In this document: positions 1-11,100 of the stretch, piece by piece
How positions within the stretch are numbered: position 1 is the first letter of the stretch
Layout of the letters: each line of letters starts with the position of its first letter
Notes under the pieces: model-generated
Database searches by the model: none
Told to the model about the DNA's origin: nothing
Seen by the model: only the letters and a program-made list of their open reading frames with translations
Position numbers and translations under genes: made by a program
DNA from: Candidatus Saccharimonadota bacterium
GTDB taxonomy: Bacteria; Patescibacteriota; Saccharimonadia; Saccharimonadales; UBA10212
NCBI GenBank assembly: GCA_016187125.1
Contig: JACPKF010000006.1
Location: 1-58,078 of the forward strand
Length of the DNA: 58,078 nt
Direction of reading: 5' to 3'

Positions 1-1054
<1,054 letters not shown>

Positions 1055-1188
1055 AGAAATGTTTGAAACATTTCAGAAATTAGGAACTAGAAATTAGAAA
1101 TTAGCTAATTGCTATTTTCTGTTTACTAATTCCTTCGCGCCTCTCGGCGCGCTGACGTTGATTTGCACTACCTAGTTTTCAATGTTCA

Positions 1189-1258
1189 CCCCGCTTAAAA
1201 ACCGAGTGCAGAAGAGGGAGAATATCCCTATTTCGGAACATCGAGTTTTTGTGTGGGG
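1189..1258. repeat. CCCCGC...GYGGGG long hairpin, copy 1 of a family, in the rRNA leader
   Basis: CCCCGCTTAAAAACC...GAGTTTTTGTGTGGGG. It is similar to 17147-17213 and 30275-30346. Confidence 0.6.
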
Positions 1259-1365
1259 AGCCTTTAAGAAATTAGCCAAATCCGTTTTCTCGGACCGGCT
1301 GCTCTGTTTTCCTGTGCCTCAAAATGGAGGCATTTAAAAGAAGAACACCCTAAAAGCTACCTCTT

Positions 1366-1395
1366 ATTATAGCGGCTATAATCCTTTCCTGTCAA
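1366..1395 (-). promoter_or_regulatory. Putative sigma70-type rRNA promoter
   Basis: The rc reads TTGACA, an 18-nt spacer, then TATAAT, ~310 nt upstream of the 16S 5' end. Confidence 0.6.
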
Positions 1396-2011
1396 CGGGG
1401 ATATTCGTTCTTTCGCTAAAGAACCAAAGGCTACTTTTGGTTTGGCCAAAAGTAGCAAAAGCCACCGGGCTGCGTTTTTTCTTGACAGACTTACTAGTCA
1501 AACCAAACAACAGGGCTCGAGGACTCCCTTCGGTCGGTCTCGCTCCTTATAGTTTTTCCCAAAGAAAAGTCGCTCGACTGTCTCTCGCCCAAGATGTTGT
1601 CTGTTTGACGTTCGTCTTCAGGAAAAAGCCGATGCCCAGACCGAAATGCTATAATTTTAGTCATAAGGAGGTATATGGCAGAAGTACTGGATAAAGGTTA
1701 CGGCGATTTCCTACGAATTAACGCACCCGAGGCTTTAATGTTGTCAGACTAAGACCTTGCTCGGACTTATGAGCGAATGAAGACGGCAGGTTTGATGGAG
1801 GGTAGGACTCAGGAAGATTTTATAGCCTTCGTAACAGCAGGACAACAAGCTACGCGGAGAGTGGTTGAAAAGCCTGCTACCTCAGAATAAGGTAGCACTT
1901 AGTCACTGCATTTCTCTCACCCAAGGCCAGACTGTTTTATAACACCGGTTTCAGTTCGCTTCGCATGCCCGCGGGAAAGATTAGTTAATCTAAATTTAAA
2001 GGCTGGAACTT

Positions 2012-2392
2012 CTAGAAGAAGCGTTCTCTAGGTTTGTTGCTATTAAGTTCTTTAACTTTTTTAGCGACATCGCCTTTAAAATTGATGTCATAGCCTTCAG
2101 CGGCCGCATCCTGCAGTGCTTGGGCATGATAGGCATCCTTGTGCTTTCTATAATGCCGCGCGCTTGCCCATTTATTCATTCTTTGTCTGGCACCCTGAAC
2201 TGTGACTAATGAAGACACTAGTGGCTCGCCAATATACATGCCATTGCCGATACCCATAAGGTAACCTTGCGATTTTTCTAAACTCTGATCTCTACCCCAA
2301 TATTGCTTAGCTTTTTGCTGATCCTCGGGACTAAGTATTTGGTTCGCTTCAGTTTTAGGAATTTGTGTTGATTTTTCTGCCGCAGCGCTCAT
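2012..2392 (-). CDS. Hypothetical protein (126 aa)
   Basis: ORF only, with no motif recognised. Confidence 0.5.
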   Translation of the reverse strand: MSAAAEKSTQIPKTEANQILSPEDQQKAKQYWGRDQSLEKSQGYLMGIGNGMYIGEPLVSSLVTVQGARQRMNKWASARHYRKHKDAYHAQALQDAAAEGYDINFKGDVAKKVKELNSNKPRERFF

Positions 2393-2481
2393 TTTTATTT
2401 TCCTTTTTTTATTTTTTCGAACTTAGCTACACATTACCATAAGCGGTTAAAAAAGTCAATGTTTTATAGTCTGGGACTCGA

Positions 2482-2617
2482 GGAAACCGATGAAGTTAGG
2501 CTGAGCGAGGGCCGAATCAAGCCAAAAGTCAGTTCCGAACCTCCTATGGAAATAGTGAGGAACCGCTTGCGTTCTTTTGGCGCGGCTCGAACCAGCCTAA
2601 CTTCAATCGTGCTTTCC
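2482..2617 (+). ncRNA. Candidate rod-like structured RNA (function unknown)
   Basis: A ~22-bp closing helix pairs GGAAACCGATGAAGTTAGGCTG with CAGCCTAACTTCAATCGTGCTTTCC. There is an inner helix GCCAAAAG/CTTTTGGC and an apical stem CCTCCTAT-GGAA-ATAGTGAGG. Confidence 0.3.
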
Positions 2618-2690
2618 GAATGTCCCGGTGGTTTGGCGCAACCTTTGCCACCCAAAGGTTGCAAAATGTTTGCTTCTTTGGAAAAGAAGA

Positions 2691-5270
2691 TTACTTACTT
2701 TTAGGCTTCGCGGAGGGTTTTTTGGATTTGGCTGGTGCTTTAACGGAAAGTTTTTTAGGTAAGGCTTTAGGTTTGGGTGCTGGCTTTTCTTCTTCCTCTT
2801 CAACTTTTTCGACCAAGGCTAGAGAGGCGACGCTGTCGCCGGCGTTGAGACGCATAATCCGGACCCCTTGGGTGGCCCGGCCCAGTGCTGGAATGTTTTT
2901 TAGCCCTAAACGGATAGTCTGGCCGGCTGTTGAGATGATAATCACTTCTTGGTCGCTGCCAGTTAGTGTTTTGACGCCAATTAAGGGACCGGTTTTTTTA
3001 TTAACCACGGCCGAACGAATTCCTACGCCACCACGCTTATGGGCCGTAAATTGGCTTACCTTAGTTCGCTTACCATAGCCAAATTCGCTAATCACAAATA
3101 TATAAGACTCCGGTTCGACAATGTCCATACCGATTACTTGATCGCCGCTTCGTAGCCGTATGCCACGGACCCCCCGTGAAACGCGGCCCATCGGCCGAGC
3201 ATCTTTTTCACTAAAGCGGATGGCTTGGCCCTGGCTAGTAGAAATAACGACTTCGTCCTCGCCGCTGGTCATTCGGATCCATTTCAATTCATCACCTTCG
3301 TCAAGATTAATGGCTATAAGACCGGAAGTACGGACGTTTTGGTATTGTTCAAATGGCGTTTTCTTAACTACTCCACGGACAGTACACATCAGCAGGTTGC
3401 CACTAGCGTTTTGTTTGCTGACATTAATGACTGAACTAACGATTTCTTCAGGCTGCAATTGCAATAAATTAACTATAGCAACGCCTTTGGCGTTCAGTCC
3501 GACGGCTGGCACTTCGTAAGTTTTGATGCGGAACACTCGGCCTTTGTTTGTGAAGAAAAGTAGATAGTCATGTGTTGAAGCATTTACAACATGTTCAATG
3601 ACATCCTCTTCACGGGTAGCCATTCCCCTTCGGCCTTTACCGCCTCGGCCTTGTTTCTTATAGTCAGCTATGGCTGTGCGTTTTATGTAATTAGCTGATG
3701 TAAGTGTTACTACGACCTGTTCATCGGGAACAAGGTCTTCATCACTCAATCTGCCAAGTTCCTGAGCAACTATTTTAGTGCGTCGCGCATCACCAAATTG
3801 TTGCTTCATTTCCAAAAGTTCGTTTTTAATAATTTTTAAAATCTGCTTCTCATCTGCCAAAACAGCCTTCAGCTTGGCGATTAGCTTTATGAGATTGGTT
3901 AGTTCGTCTTCGATTTCCTGGCGTTGCAGCCCTGTTAGACGGCGTAGCTGCATGGCCAAGATAGCTTGGGCCTGGATAGAGCTTAGTTTAAATTGTTTTA
4001 TGAGGTTGGCTTCAGCCTCTTCGGGCGTTTGGCTAGCTCGGATGGTTTTTATAACTTCGTCAATCCGGTCTAGAGCGATTTTCAAGCCCTCTAGAATGTG
4101 AGCTCGCTCCTGGGCTTTCTTAAGCTCAAACTCGGTACGATGGCGAACTACTACCTGTCGGTGTTTAATGTGCTCCTGGACGATGTCCTGAAGGCCTAGA
4201 ACACGGGGTTGGATACCATCAATAAGAGCCAGCATGTTGTAGTGGATAGCCGTTTGAAGAGGGGTTAATTTATAAAGTTGATTGAGCAATTTTTTGGGGT
4301 AAGCATCTTTTTTTAGATCAACTACAATGCGTACATTGCCTCTGGAACTCTCATCACGCAGATCCGATATGCCACTGACTTTTTTCTCCCGAACTAAATC
4401 AGCAATTTTTTCGACCAGACCGGCTTTGTTAACGGCGTATGGAATTTCGGTGATGATAATTTTATGCCGCCCGCCTTTAGCTTCTTCGATGCTGGCAACG
4501 CCTCTTACCATTACCCCTCCGCGGCCAGTGGCGAAAGCCGTGCGGATGGATTCTTTACCATAAACCACAGCGCCGGTGGGAAAATCCGGCCCTTTGACGT
4601 AATTCATTAGCTCATCGAGAGTGGCATCGGGATTATCAATTTGGGCAACTGTGGCATCGACTAACTCCGATAGATTGTGCGGCGGGATGTTGGTAGCCAT
4701 ACCAACGGCAATTCCTAGCTGGCCGTTAAGTAACAGGTTGGGTAGTTTGGCCGGTAGAACCTCCGGCTCTTGGAAGGTACCGTCGAAATTATCCCGAAAC
4801 GGTACGGTTTCTTTATCTATGTCTTCCAGTAGCGACTCACTGGCTCTAGTCATTCGGGCTTCGGTATAACGATAAGCTGCCGGCGGGTCGCCGTCCATGC
4901 TGCCAAAGTTCCCTTGCCCGTCAACTAGCGGATAGCGGGTTGAGAACGGCTGAGCCAGACGTACCATAGCGTCATAAATAGCTGTGTCGCCGTGGGGGTG
5001 GTACTTGCCCATCACCTCACCCACAATCTGGGCGCTCTTAGTGTGCTTGGCGCCACTACGCAGATTATTTTTGTCCATGACGTACAAAATGCGTCTGTGA
5101 ACCGGTTTTAAGCCGTCGCGGACATCTGGTAGCGCCCGAGCCACAATTACGCTCATGGAGTACTGCAGGTAGCTGGTCTCCATTTCTTCCTCAACCGAGC
5201 GGCCTAAAACTGTCTTGGAATGCTTGTCGGCGGTTGGAATCAAATCCTTAGAGTACTTATCAACCATCAT
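2691..5270 (-). CDS. gyrA: DNA gyrase subunit A with a Lys/Pro-rich C-terminal tail
   Basis: N-terminal [30 protein letters not shown], the active-site region [10 protein letters not shown], and C-terminal beta-pinwheel repeats. Confidence 0.98.
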   Translation of the reverse strand: MMVDKYSKDLIPTADKHSKTVLGRSVEEEMETSYLQYSMSVIVARALPDVRDGLKPVHRRILYVMDKNNLRSGAKHTKSAQIVGEVMGKYHPHGDTAIYDAMVRLAQPFSTRYPLVDGQGNFGSMDGDPPAAYRYTEARMTRASESLLEDIDKETVPFRDNFDGTFQEPEVLPAKLPNLLLNGQLGIAVGMATNIPPHNLSELVDATVAQIDNPDATLDELMNYVKGPDFPTGAVVYGKESIRTAFATGRGGVMVRGVASIEEAKGGRHKIIITEIPYAVNKAGLVEKIADLVREKKVSGISDLRDESSRGNVRIVVDLKKDAYPKKLLNQLYKLTPLQTAIHYNMLALIDGIQPRVLGLQDIVQEHIKHRQVVVRHRTEFELKKAQERAHILEGLKIALDRIDEVIKTIRASQTPEEAEANLIKQFKLSSIQAQAILAMQLRRLTGLQRQEIEDELTNLIKLIAKLKAVLADEKQILKIIKNELLEMKQQFGDARRTKIVAQELGRLSDEDLVPDEQVVVTLTSANYIKRTAIADYKKQGRGGKGRRGMATREEDVIEHVVNASTHDYLLFFTNKGRVFRIKTYEVPAVGLNAKGVAIVNLLQLQPEEIVSSVINVSKQNASGNLLMCTVRGVVKKTPFEQYQNVRTSGLIAINLDEGDELKWIRMTSGEDEVVISTSQGQAIRFSEKDARPMGRVSRGVRGIRLRSGDQVIGMDIVEPESYIFVISEFGYGKRTKVSQFTAHKRGGVGIRSAVVNKKTGPLIGVKTLTGSDQEVIIISTAGQTIRLGLKNIPALGRATQGVRIMRLNAGDSVASLALVEKVEEEEEKPAPKPKALPKKLSVKAPAKSKKPSAKPKSK

Positions 5271-5412
5271 CAGAAGCCTCCTTTGGAGATAGCGATCAAT
5301 TCACAATTTTGCAATTTACAATCAATTTTCAACCATTTAATTTTCAAGCGTTTATAGAATTGGTGCATTGGTACTTGAATAGAAATTGGAAAATGGAAAA
5401 TGGAAATTGTTT
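5271..5412. repeat. Low-complexity imperfect hairpin spacer between gyrB and gyrA
   Basis: A CAATTT/CAATTTTCAA-rich arm is followed by a GAAATTGGAAAATGGAAAATGG arm. Confidence 0.7.
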
Positions 5413-7419
5413 TCATATGTCCAGGTCCTTTACGAATTTAGCTCGTGATTGGATAAAGTTTTTGCGCATTTCCACTTCTGTACCCATAAGTTTGGAAAAT
5501 ATGGAATCGGCTTTTTCGCCGTCTTCTATTTTGACCTGGACCAGTACCCGGTTGGCTGGATCCATGGTCGTCTCCCAAAGTTGTTCGGCATCCATTTCGC
5601 CTAAACCTTTATAGCGCTGGACGCTAACTGCTGCTTGTTTGATACGGTCTTCGCTTTTGTCAACCTTAGTGCCCTTGGCTCGGCGCTCCTCGATAATTTT
5701 ATCGATAATTAAGTCGCGCTCCTGGTCGGTATAGGCATAGTGCCGAGTTTTACCGGCCGTGACAGCGTAAAGAGGTGGTTGGGCGGCATAAACGTGGCCG
5801 CCTTCCAGTACTGGGCGGAGGTGACGGAAAAACAGCGTCATCAGCAGCGTCCGGATATGCGAACCGTCGACATCAGCATCGGTCATAATAACAATCCGTT
5901 CGTAACGCAGACCCTGTATATCGAACTGATCCTCAATACCAACACCCAGAGCCTTTATCAGATTTAATATCTCTTGGTTAGCCAGCATTTTATCCAATCG
6001 GGCTCGCTCGACGTTTAAAACCTTGCCGCGCAGCGGCAGGATGGCTTGGTAAAAACTGTTACGGCCGTCTTTGGCACTACCACCGGCGGATTGTCCCTCA
6101 ACGATAAAAAGTTCGGCTTGAGAACGGTCTTTGGTAGCGCAGTCGGCTAATTTACCGGGCAAGCTGGCGCCATCTAAAGCCCCCTTGCGGATAATATTAT
6201 CCCGGGCAGCCCGGGCAGCCTTACGAGCCCTGGCGGCTAGCAGGCCTTTATTAACGATTTTGCGGCCGATTGCCGGATGTTCCTCGAGGTAATAGGCCAG
6301 CCATTCATTCATGACTTGCTCAACATAACCTCGGACTTCTGGATTACCAAGCTTATTTTTGGTCTGGCCCTCAAACTGAGGATCCGGAATTTTAACTAAA
6401 ATAACAGCCGTTAAGCCTTCGCGACAGTCTTCGCCCGACAGGTTCTCTTCTTTGTCTTTGATAAGCCCGTTTTTTCGGGCGTAGTCGTTAATAACGCGGG
6501 TCAGCGAAGTTCTAAAGCCCGTCAGGTGCATACCGCCATCGGCATTATAAACATTATTAGCAAAGGCCATGACGCTGTCGGTAAAACTGTCGCTATATTG
6601 CAGTGCAATTTCTATAACGCCGTCACCGACTTCCTTATCAATATAGAATATATCCTCGTCTAGAGGCTCTTTACCGGCATTCAAATGGCGGACATAAGAT
6701 TCGATGCCGCCTTCAAAATAAAAACCATAAGCCTGGCCAGAACGTTCATCGCGAATTGACGCCCTAAGGCCTTTAGTTAGATAAGCCTGGTGACGCAAAT
6801 AATCGACAATGCCTTCGTAATCAAACTCTATAGTGCTAAAGACTGTGCTGTCTGGATAAAATTTAATAGTCGTGCCGCTGAGATCGGTTTTTTCGCCTTT
6901 GATAACCTTAGTCTTGGGATGGCCGCGTTCGTAGTCTTGGGTCCATATGAACCCGTCGCGATAAACAGTGGCCGTCATGTGAGTAGACAAAGCATTAACC
7001 ACGCTCGAACCAACGCCGTGCAGGCCGCTAGAAACTTTGTAGCCGGTGCTACCAAACTTACCGCCGGCATGAAGTACCGTTAGAACGGTTTCTAGACTAC
7101 TTTTGCCGGTTTTTGGATGAGTTTCGACGGGAATACCACGGCCGTCGTCGCTGACAGTCACAGCGCCGTCAGTATGCATGATAATCTCCACTTTCGAGGC
7201 CTGGCCGGCCATGACTTCATCAATGGCATTATCGGCCAGCTCCTTGACCATGTGATGCAGGCCTTCGGGACCAGTGCTGCCAATGTACATGCCTGGACGT
7301 TTGCGGACCGGCTCCAAGCCTTCTAGAACTTGGATCTGGCTGGCATCATACTTGCCGCTGGACTTCTTATCTGTCTTCACTAAAATACTCTCTCTATAAT
7401 CTTTCTTTTTACCCCACAC
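5413..7419 (-). CDS. gyrB: DNA gyrase subunit B
   Basis: Motifs LEGLEPVRKRPGMYIGS, HHMVKELADNAIDE, EGQSAGGSAK and PLRGKVLNVE. The protein ends ...KDLDI followed by TGA. Confidence 0.98.
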   Translation of the reverse strand: MWGKKKDYRESILVKTDKKSSGKYDASQIQVLEGLEPVRKRPGMYIGSTGPEGLHHMVKELADNAIDEVMAGQASKVEIIMHTDGAVTVSDDGRGIPVETHPKTGKSSLETVLTVLHAGGKFGSTGYKVSSGLHGVGSSVVNALSTHMTATVYRDGFIWTQDYERGHPKTKVIKGEKTDLSGTTIKFYPDSTVFSTIEFDYEGIVDYLRHQAYLTKGLRASIRDERSGQAYGFYFEGGIESYVRHLNAGKEPLDEDIFYIDKEVGDGVIEIALQYSDSFTDSVMAFANNVYNADGGMHLTGFRTSLTRVINDYARKNGLIKDKEENLSGEDCREGLTAVILVKIPDPQFEGQTKNKLGNPEVRGYVEQVMNEWLAYYLEEHPAIGRKIVNKGLLAARARKAARAARDNIIRKGALDGASLPGKLADCATKDRSQAELFIVEGQSAGGSAKDGRNSFYQAILPLRGKVLNVERARLDKMLANQEILNLIKALGVGIEDQFDIQGLRYERIVIMTDADVDGSHIRTLLMTLFFRHLRPVLEGGHVYAAQPPLYAVTAGKTRHYAYTDQERDLIIDKIIEERRAKGTKVDKSEDRIKQAAVSVQRYKGLGEMDAEQLWETTMDPANRVLVQVKIEDGEKADSIFSKLMGTEVEMRKNFIQSRAKFVKDLDI

Positions 7420-7523
7420 ATTTTGTAGACGTTTCTGTAATCTGATTGCAGACTACTATCACCCTTAAAATGTGAGGGGTGTCGTCCGCCTCGGCGGACT
7501 CCATCTGTTTCCACTCTGTTTAA

Positions 7524-7552
7524 ATTATACCTTAAGGCAATCTGTAAAGCAA
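7524..7552 (-). promoter_or_regulatory. Putative gyrB promoter
   Basis: The rc reads TTGCTT, a 17-nt spacer, then TATAAT, ~100 nt upstream of the gyrB start. The -35 lies inside the inverted repeat GCAATCTGT...ACAGATTGC (7537-7569). Confidence 0.5.
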
Positions 7553-7659
7553 GTTATGTAACAGATTGCAATTGACCGAATTAATCTAAAAATGACCCAA
7601 AATAAAAAAACCGGCCTTTTTGGGTCGGTCTCTATGACTGAAATCCGTTAGTTTATAAA

Positions 7660-8061
7660 CTAGGGTTTTAGCGGTGGTGGAGGGAGAGTGGTTGGTGGTA
7701 AGTCCAACAGAGGATTTTTGGTTAAATCTGGTTTATCGATTGGAGAATTTTTGGACAAATCTGGTTCAGCAATCGGATCAAGAGACAGTTTGGAAACCGG
7801 AGGTTCCAAATTTCCCTTTAAATCTGGAGGAACTAAAGATGATTTAGTTTGTTTGGATCTTACCGCAGCGCCAGGATCGTCTTTTCCTTTATTTGTCGTT
7901 ATTGGATCAACTTCTCTTAGTCGTCTTTGGATTGAATCTAAACCTGTGTAAATTGGATCGCTACGACCTAAACCTTGTCCTAGATCTTCTGGTACTCTTA
8001 ACCTACTATCCTCTGCTGGATTATGAATTATAGGTTGTCGAGGTTCTCCAAGTTCTGCCAT
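7660..8061 (-). CDS. Hypothetical Pro-rich protein (133 aa)
   Basis: ORF only. A hairpin plus T-run lies downstream at ~7605-7635. Confidence 0.45.
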   Translation of the reverse strand: MAELGEPRQPIIHNPAEDSRLRVPEDLGQGLGRSDPIYTGLDSIQRRLREVDPITTNKGKDDPGAAVRSKQTKSSLVPPDLKGNLEPPVSKLSLDPIAEPDLSKNSPIDKPDLTKNPLLDLPPTTLPPPPLKP

Positions 8062-8157
8062 TTTTATTTTCCTTTCTTTGGGAGCTTAACACACTTAGAC
8101 ACTACCACAAGTGTGTAAAATTGTCAACTTTTTTAGACCTTTGTACCTGTTTTATTT

Positions 8158-11100
8158 TTATTGATAAGTTAGGTTGCCCTTTTCGTCAATTTTTAGACTC
8201 TGATCAGCATCTTGTGGCGGCGCTGCGGCCGGACTCTCGGCAGGGTCACGAGGAATTTTAAATTCGCTGTGATCAGCCGGTTGAGGCTTGGGAAGGTCTT
8301 GAGTCGGCAGCGGCGCTGGGCTACTGGGAGGGCTGCTAAAGCTGGGAGAAACGGGGCTTGGCGCTGGTGGCATTTGGGCGGTACCCATAGGCAGAGGACT
8401 TGCCGGCGGCGGAGTCGGGTACTGGCCAGTACCCGCGGGAGGGGGGTACTGGCCAGTACCCCCCGGAGAAAATGCCGATCCAGCAGGCCGAGGCGGTGCG
8501 GTGCCACTACGTTTAGCTAACCATTCGTCCAAAAACGAGCCGCCAGAACTGGGTTGAGCGTTAGCTGCGCTGGGCTGAGCTGGTGAGGACGCCAACGATG
8601 AGCTTGGCACAGCACCCAAAGAGGTCGGCGCCCTTATGGCCGGCGGCCGAGCTGGTATAGCCTGAGCACCGGCAGTTAAACCACCATAGCCGGCCTGTCC
8701 AGTGGGCAGATTATCCCATGGACTAGCCGGACGAGAAGCAAAACTCGGCGGCGGTTTAGGAGTGGTTTTAAGCCGCTCAAAAATCTCCGCCTCGACTTCG
8801 GCCCTGGGGCGGCCAAACTTGGCCGCCGAAAGCTGTTTAAGGGCGTCGGCTAGTTGCTTATTGGGATTACCCAGCGGCGGTAATCCGGCCATTGAAAACG
8901 GCTGGACCGGCACGCCGCCAATCATCATACGCACTACCATGTTGAAATTTGGTATAAACTGCAAATCATCTATATCAAAGACTGGAGCGAACTGCTTGGC
9001 CAAAAACTCGGCGTCCGTAGTGCCAACCCGGTAGGAAATGACTGTGCCAACATTGCCGAACACGGCGTCGCGGATTTCTTCGCTAAGCTGAGTAGTAAAC
9101 TGATTAGCCACTATAAGATTGAGGTGATATTTACGGGCCTGGCTCAAAATATCGGCAAAAGAGTCAGTTGAAAAGTTTTGGAACTCATCAACATACAAAC
9201 AAAAATCTCGCCGGTATTCTTCGGGTATATCAGCCCGGCTCATAGCCGCGGCTTCAAATTTCATAACGAAGATCATGCCCAGCAGCTTGGAGTTTAAATC
9301 ACCCGCCCGTCCACGCGACAGGTTGACTAGCAAAATCTTGCCCTCGTCCATTATCTGGCGCAGATTAAAAGAACTTTTGGTCTGGCCAATGATATTACGC
9401 ATCATCTCATTGCTCAAAAAAGCTCCGAACTTAGACACGAACCAGCTGATGACTTCCCCAAATTCGGTCGAGCGCTGGGATTGGGGCATTTCTTTGCGCC
9501 AAAATTCAATCACGTTTTGATCGGTTACGTGCTGCAGCTTCTTGTCGACAAACTGCGGATCGCGGAAAAGTTTAGGAATATCTACAAAAGTCCCGCCGGC
9601 CGGATCGGCCATAACCGTCAGCGCGGCATTGCGGAATATATGCTCATAACGGGGGCCGATGATGCCAGTGTGTCCCGGGTCATAAAGCTTATAAAGCATA
9701 TTAATAGCTTCCTGAATCAAAAAGTCTTTTTGGTCGGGCGAGTGATATTCAAACATGTTCAGTCCCATGGGATAGTCGGTGTCGGCCGGGGAAAAGTAGA
9801 TTACGTCCTCAGTCCGCTCTTTTGGCACCATAGCCAGCAGCTTTTCAGCCGTGTCGCCGTGGGGGTCTACAAAAGCAAAACCACGACCCTCCAGCATGTC
9901 TTGCAAGGCTAAGTTTTCTAAAAAGGTGGATTTGCCGGTCCCGGTTTGGCCAACGGCGTACATGTGGCGAGTTCTGTCGGCCTGAGACAACCGTATAGCT
10001 TTTTTGGCGCCTCTAAACATGTTATATCCCAGCAGCAGGCCTTCTTCCGGAACGTTGTGGGGCCCATCAACCTGCTTAGAGGCCTGGCGTTGCAACTGGG
10101 ACGTTGGGATGCTTTGTTGATCTGGAAAGTGGAATAAAGTAGCCAGTTCGGTAGCATTTAAGATATTGTCATCCTTGGCTTGAGGAAAAAGCCGCAGGAT
10201 ATACTCGGTCACAAAACTGTCAATATTCCGAGCCGGTACGAATTTAAAACCGTTACTGCCGGGTATATCAAACAGTGAAAAAGTAGCCACTAAATTATTC
10301 AGCACAGTCTGGGCCCTTTGAGTGATATTCGAAGAAGCCACCACTCTTATTAGAACTTCAAAACCAGGTTGTTTAGTTTTGTCTTCAATAGCTTGGGCAT
10401 GTGATTGGTCAAGCGACGAACCTTCTTCGGCTGGCTTGTCTTTATTGTCGCCACCCCGGCTCTCCGGCGGTTTAGTCAAAGCTGTAAACAGCTGTCCGAT
10501 ATACCAAAAAGTAGTCTCCATGCCCTTGGGCTTGGTCTTACCTTTTCGTTTAGCCGCGGCTTCCTTGGCGGCCTGCTTTCGCCAGGAACTAGCGGCTGGT
10601 CGCAAAAGTATTTGAATCCCGGCCCCATCTTCTTTAGTGACTGAAGATAAAGCATTCAAAAAGGCCTGCATACTATCTCTTTTAATATCCTGATAAGTGG
10701 CTATTGGATAGACATAGCTTTCCTTAAGTCTGAGCTCTCCGCCCAAAGTGCCAGTAATTCTACCTACTGGGCTAAAAATATTGTGTTCAGCAACTTCTTC
10801 TAGCCTAGCGGTTGGGTAAGCGCTGACCACGGCCTGTTCCACCACGCTTAATAGATTGACCGGAACGGCGGCGTAAAAGTGGATGGTGCTTTTGCTGGCT
10901 ACCATTTCCAGGCCGATGTGGCGCTGCCCGTAGAATCTAGACCTAAAGCCTTTTTGAAAGATACTGGCCACGATGCTGTAAAGCACCTGAGCCCGAGATA
11001 TATTCTCATCGACAATATCTCTGGTGTCGCGCCCCTGGATCTCGGTATCATCGCTAAGCGGTGGCAAGTGTATAAGCACCGGTACCATCTTGAGTCCCCG

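Noticed and set aside
2620-5270. Plus-strand ORFs inside gyrA (2620-3078, 3160-3519, 3778-4101 and others), and similar ones inside gyrB, the VirD4-like gene, tgt, the CHAP gene and the PilX-like gene.
   Set aside because: They are antisense to long, motif-supported genes and have no motifs of their own. They are typical shadow ORFs.
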